Source of the DNA: Glaucostegus cemiculus
Lineage: Eukaryota
Direction: 5' to 3'
Length of the DNA: 64,000 nucleotides
Assembly: GCA_976551045.1 (NCBI GenBank)
Contig: CDPCPM010000037.1
Span: forward strand, 9,610,001-9,674,000
Shown here in pieces: positions 62,228 through 64,000 of the stretch (its first letter is position 1; each line of letters begins with the position of its first letter). Below the pieces are notes generated by a model. The model was not told where the DNA came from. It saw nothing but the letters and a program-made list of their open reading frames with translations, and made no database searches. The position numbers were made by a program, and so were the translations under genes.

Positions 62228-63844
62228 CTAAGAAAAAGAAAATTTAAGTTATTGTATTTAGCTACAGTGTATTTTTATGAAATTGCTTTATCAAGATGTA
62301 TTCTTTTGAAGTCTTTGCTTCCCTCAAATTCATTTCTTCATTCAAATTAATGCCCCAAGACCTATAAAGTTCTGAACAACTGCAAGCAGGTAAATTTATA
62401 GCTACACATATTCACACAATGGAGGTTTCTAATCGACTTCTGGCAAACAGTTTGCCTCATTTTCAATAACTGATGTGCTTTCCAGAGAATAAAATGACAT
62501 CACATTTCTAGTCTACAACTTTCATACCCTGTACATTGGTCACCAATTTCCAATATGCAGCTTATCAGACAGTTGTTCTTTAAAAACTAGAAGCATTTTA
62601 TTCTGTGCAAAGAAATCAGAATTATTGACAAATAACAGGCAAAAAAATTCTAGTGCTATCTAAGAAAATGCTCACCTTTAAACACCTTGTGTTAACCTAA
62701 AGAATAAAGTCACCTGGGTTTGAATTTTAAAGCACTTCAAGATGAGGCAAATTGTGCTAACTATAGATCAAGTAACAAACTCCAGTGCTTGAACACATCT
62801 AAAAATCTAGTGATCAAGAAGTTAGTGCCGGAGTTAACCTCCTCTTCCACATGATACAATATCCACATATCCGCAACAATATGTCGAGTACTTATCCACT
62901 AAACATTTCAGAAAAGCATTAGGTTCGTCCTTCAAGTGCATGTAATTGTTAATGTGTTAGTCTGGTTGCCAAACAAACTTACTGGTACTGTTATTTTACT
63001 TTCACCAGTGTGAAGTCTCATTCCTTCAAATACTAATTATTGTTGGTGATAAAATAAATGTTTTTTTAAAAAAAACATCCCTTTAACTTTCCTTGAATCT
63101 CATTTTACTTCCCTTTTACTATATTTTTAGAACCTGCTTTTACAATGAATGAAATATACCAAGTAATACGCCATGCATCTCACCAAGGATTCTCCAATTT
63201 GATTGGTTAAAATGGTATATAGCTGCTTTTCCTGCTCACATGATCCAGATCCCCAGTTAAAGGTTCTGCAGTGTTTGGACTGTTATTAATCACTCACCAC
63301 AGTGAATGCAAAATCCAGGCTCTCATCTGTAATTTAGTCAGTTGTTTTGTGCCAAGATATTTTATAGGGAAGCTATTCAGGTGTGTGTACCCTCTGGGTA
63401 ATTATGAAGATAATCTGATAATTGTTTCAGGTACATTGTTAAGTAGTTACATTTAGCTGTGGATTTTGTTTGATGCAAAACTAAACTGGAAGATATTGTG
63501 ATTCTGCCTGCACAGATGCTGCTCAACTCACTAAGTACTTCCTGCAGGTTAATTTTTGCTCCAGATTCCCGTATCTGCTGTTCTTGTTTCTCCTATTCAA
63601 TTGTACAGTTTATACTCTATATTCCTATGAGGATAGGAGTATGCAATCATTCAATCCTGTCCACTTCAAATACCAGCAAAATTCTTGAAGTCTCAAATAC
63701 AATGCCAGAACTTCCAAAGTGCAGAATAAACAATGTCCTTTGCTGTGAATAACATAATTACCCTCCTATAATTGTGAGAAATAAATTGGCTGTGTACTGC
63801 AATTCTACTACATTTGGTTTAAAAAGTAATGCTGTAGAACATAC

Positions 63845-63916
63845 CATGTCAAGCATTCCACAAAATTCATCCAATCGGATTAACATTTCTTCAATGCTCT
63901 CATCAAGTTCCTTGGC
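63845..63916 (-). CDS. BCAS4: BCAS4 internal coding exon (72 nt); the gene's 5' end lies beyond the window
   Basis: gtgtag| acceptor; encodes AKELDESIEEMLIRLDEFCGMLDM; donor |gtatg. All exons are phase 0, and convergence with ADNP matches known synteny. Confidence 0.93.
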
Positions 63917-64000
63917 CTACACATGGAAAAAACACAAACTGGATGAACCAATATTGATAAAAACATTTGATATCCTAATTACCTCTCAGTGATGCAAATG

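Overview
Vertebrate genomic DNA, not prokaryotic. The repeat content (HE1/V-type tRNA-derived SINEs, CR1, Rex1/Babar, Penelope-like and L1/Tx1 relics) suggests a cartilaginous fish; this is an inference. The window holds the conserved DPM1-ADNP-BCAS4 block. (1) The last four coding exons of DPM1 (+, 2146-9792). (2) A complete ADNP gene (+): CpG-island promoter and non-coding exon 1 at about 15.7-16.6 kb, a long repeat-rich first intron, and three coding exons (40438-40545, 43397-43489, 44330-48013) giving a 1294-aa protein with 9 zinc fingers, a homeodomain and a PxVxL motif. (3) Four coding exons of BCAS4 on the minus strand, convergent with ADNP (63916 down to 58392). A 303-N assembly gap lies at 12650-12952. 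The most striking observation is a 36-bp/12-aa tandem-repeat expansion in ADNP just after the homeodomain and HP1 motif, carrying PLDLS, ALDLS (x2) and ILDLS, which are CtBP-binding-type motifs. Also notable: the NAP octapeptide and ARKS motif are altered, BCAS4 has a candidate alternative terminal exon, DPM1's last intron contains an inverted SINE pair, and a near-identical ETS-CRE element occurs both in a DPM1 intron and in the ADNP promoter. Almost all short ORFs in the supplied track are non-coding or repeat-derived. Comparisons with human proteins are from memory; no alignment or database search was run.
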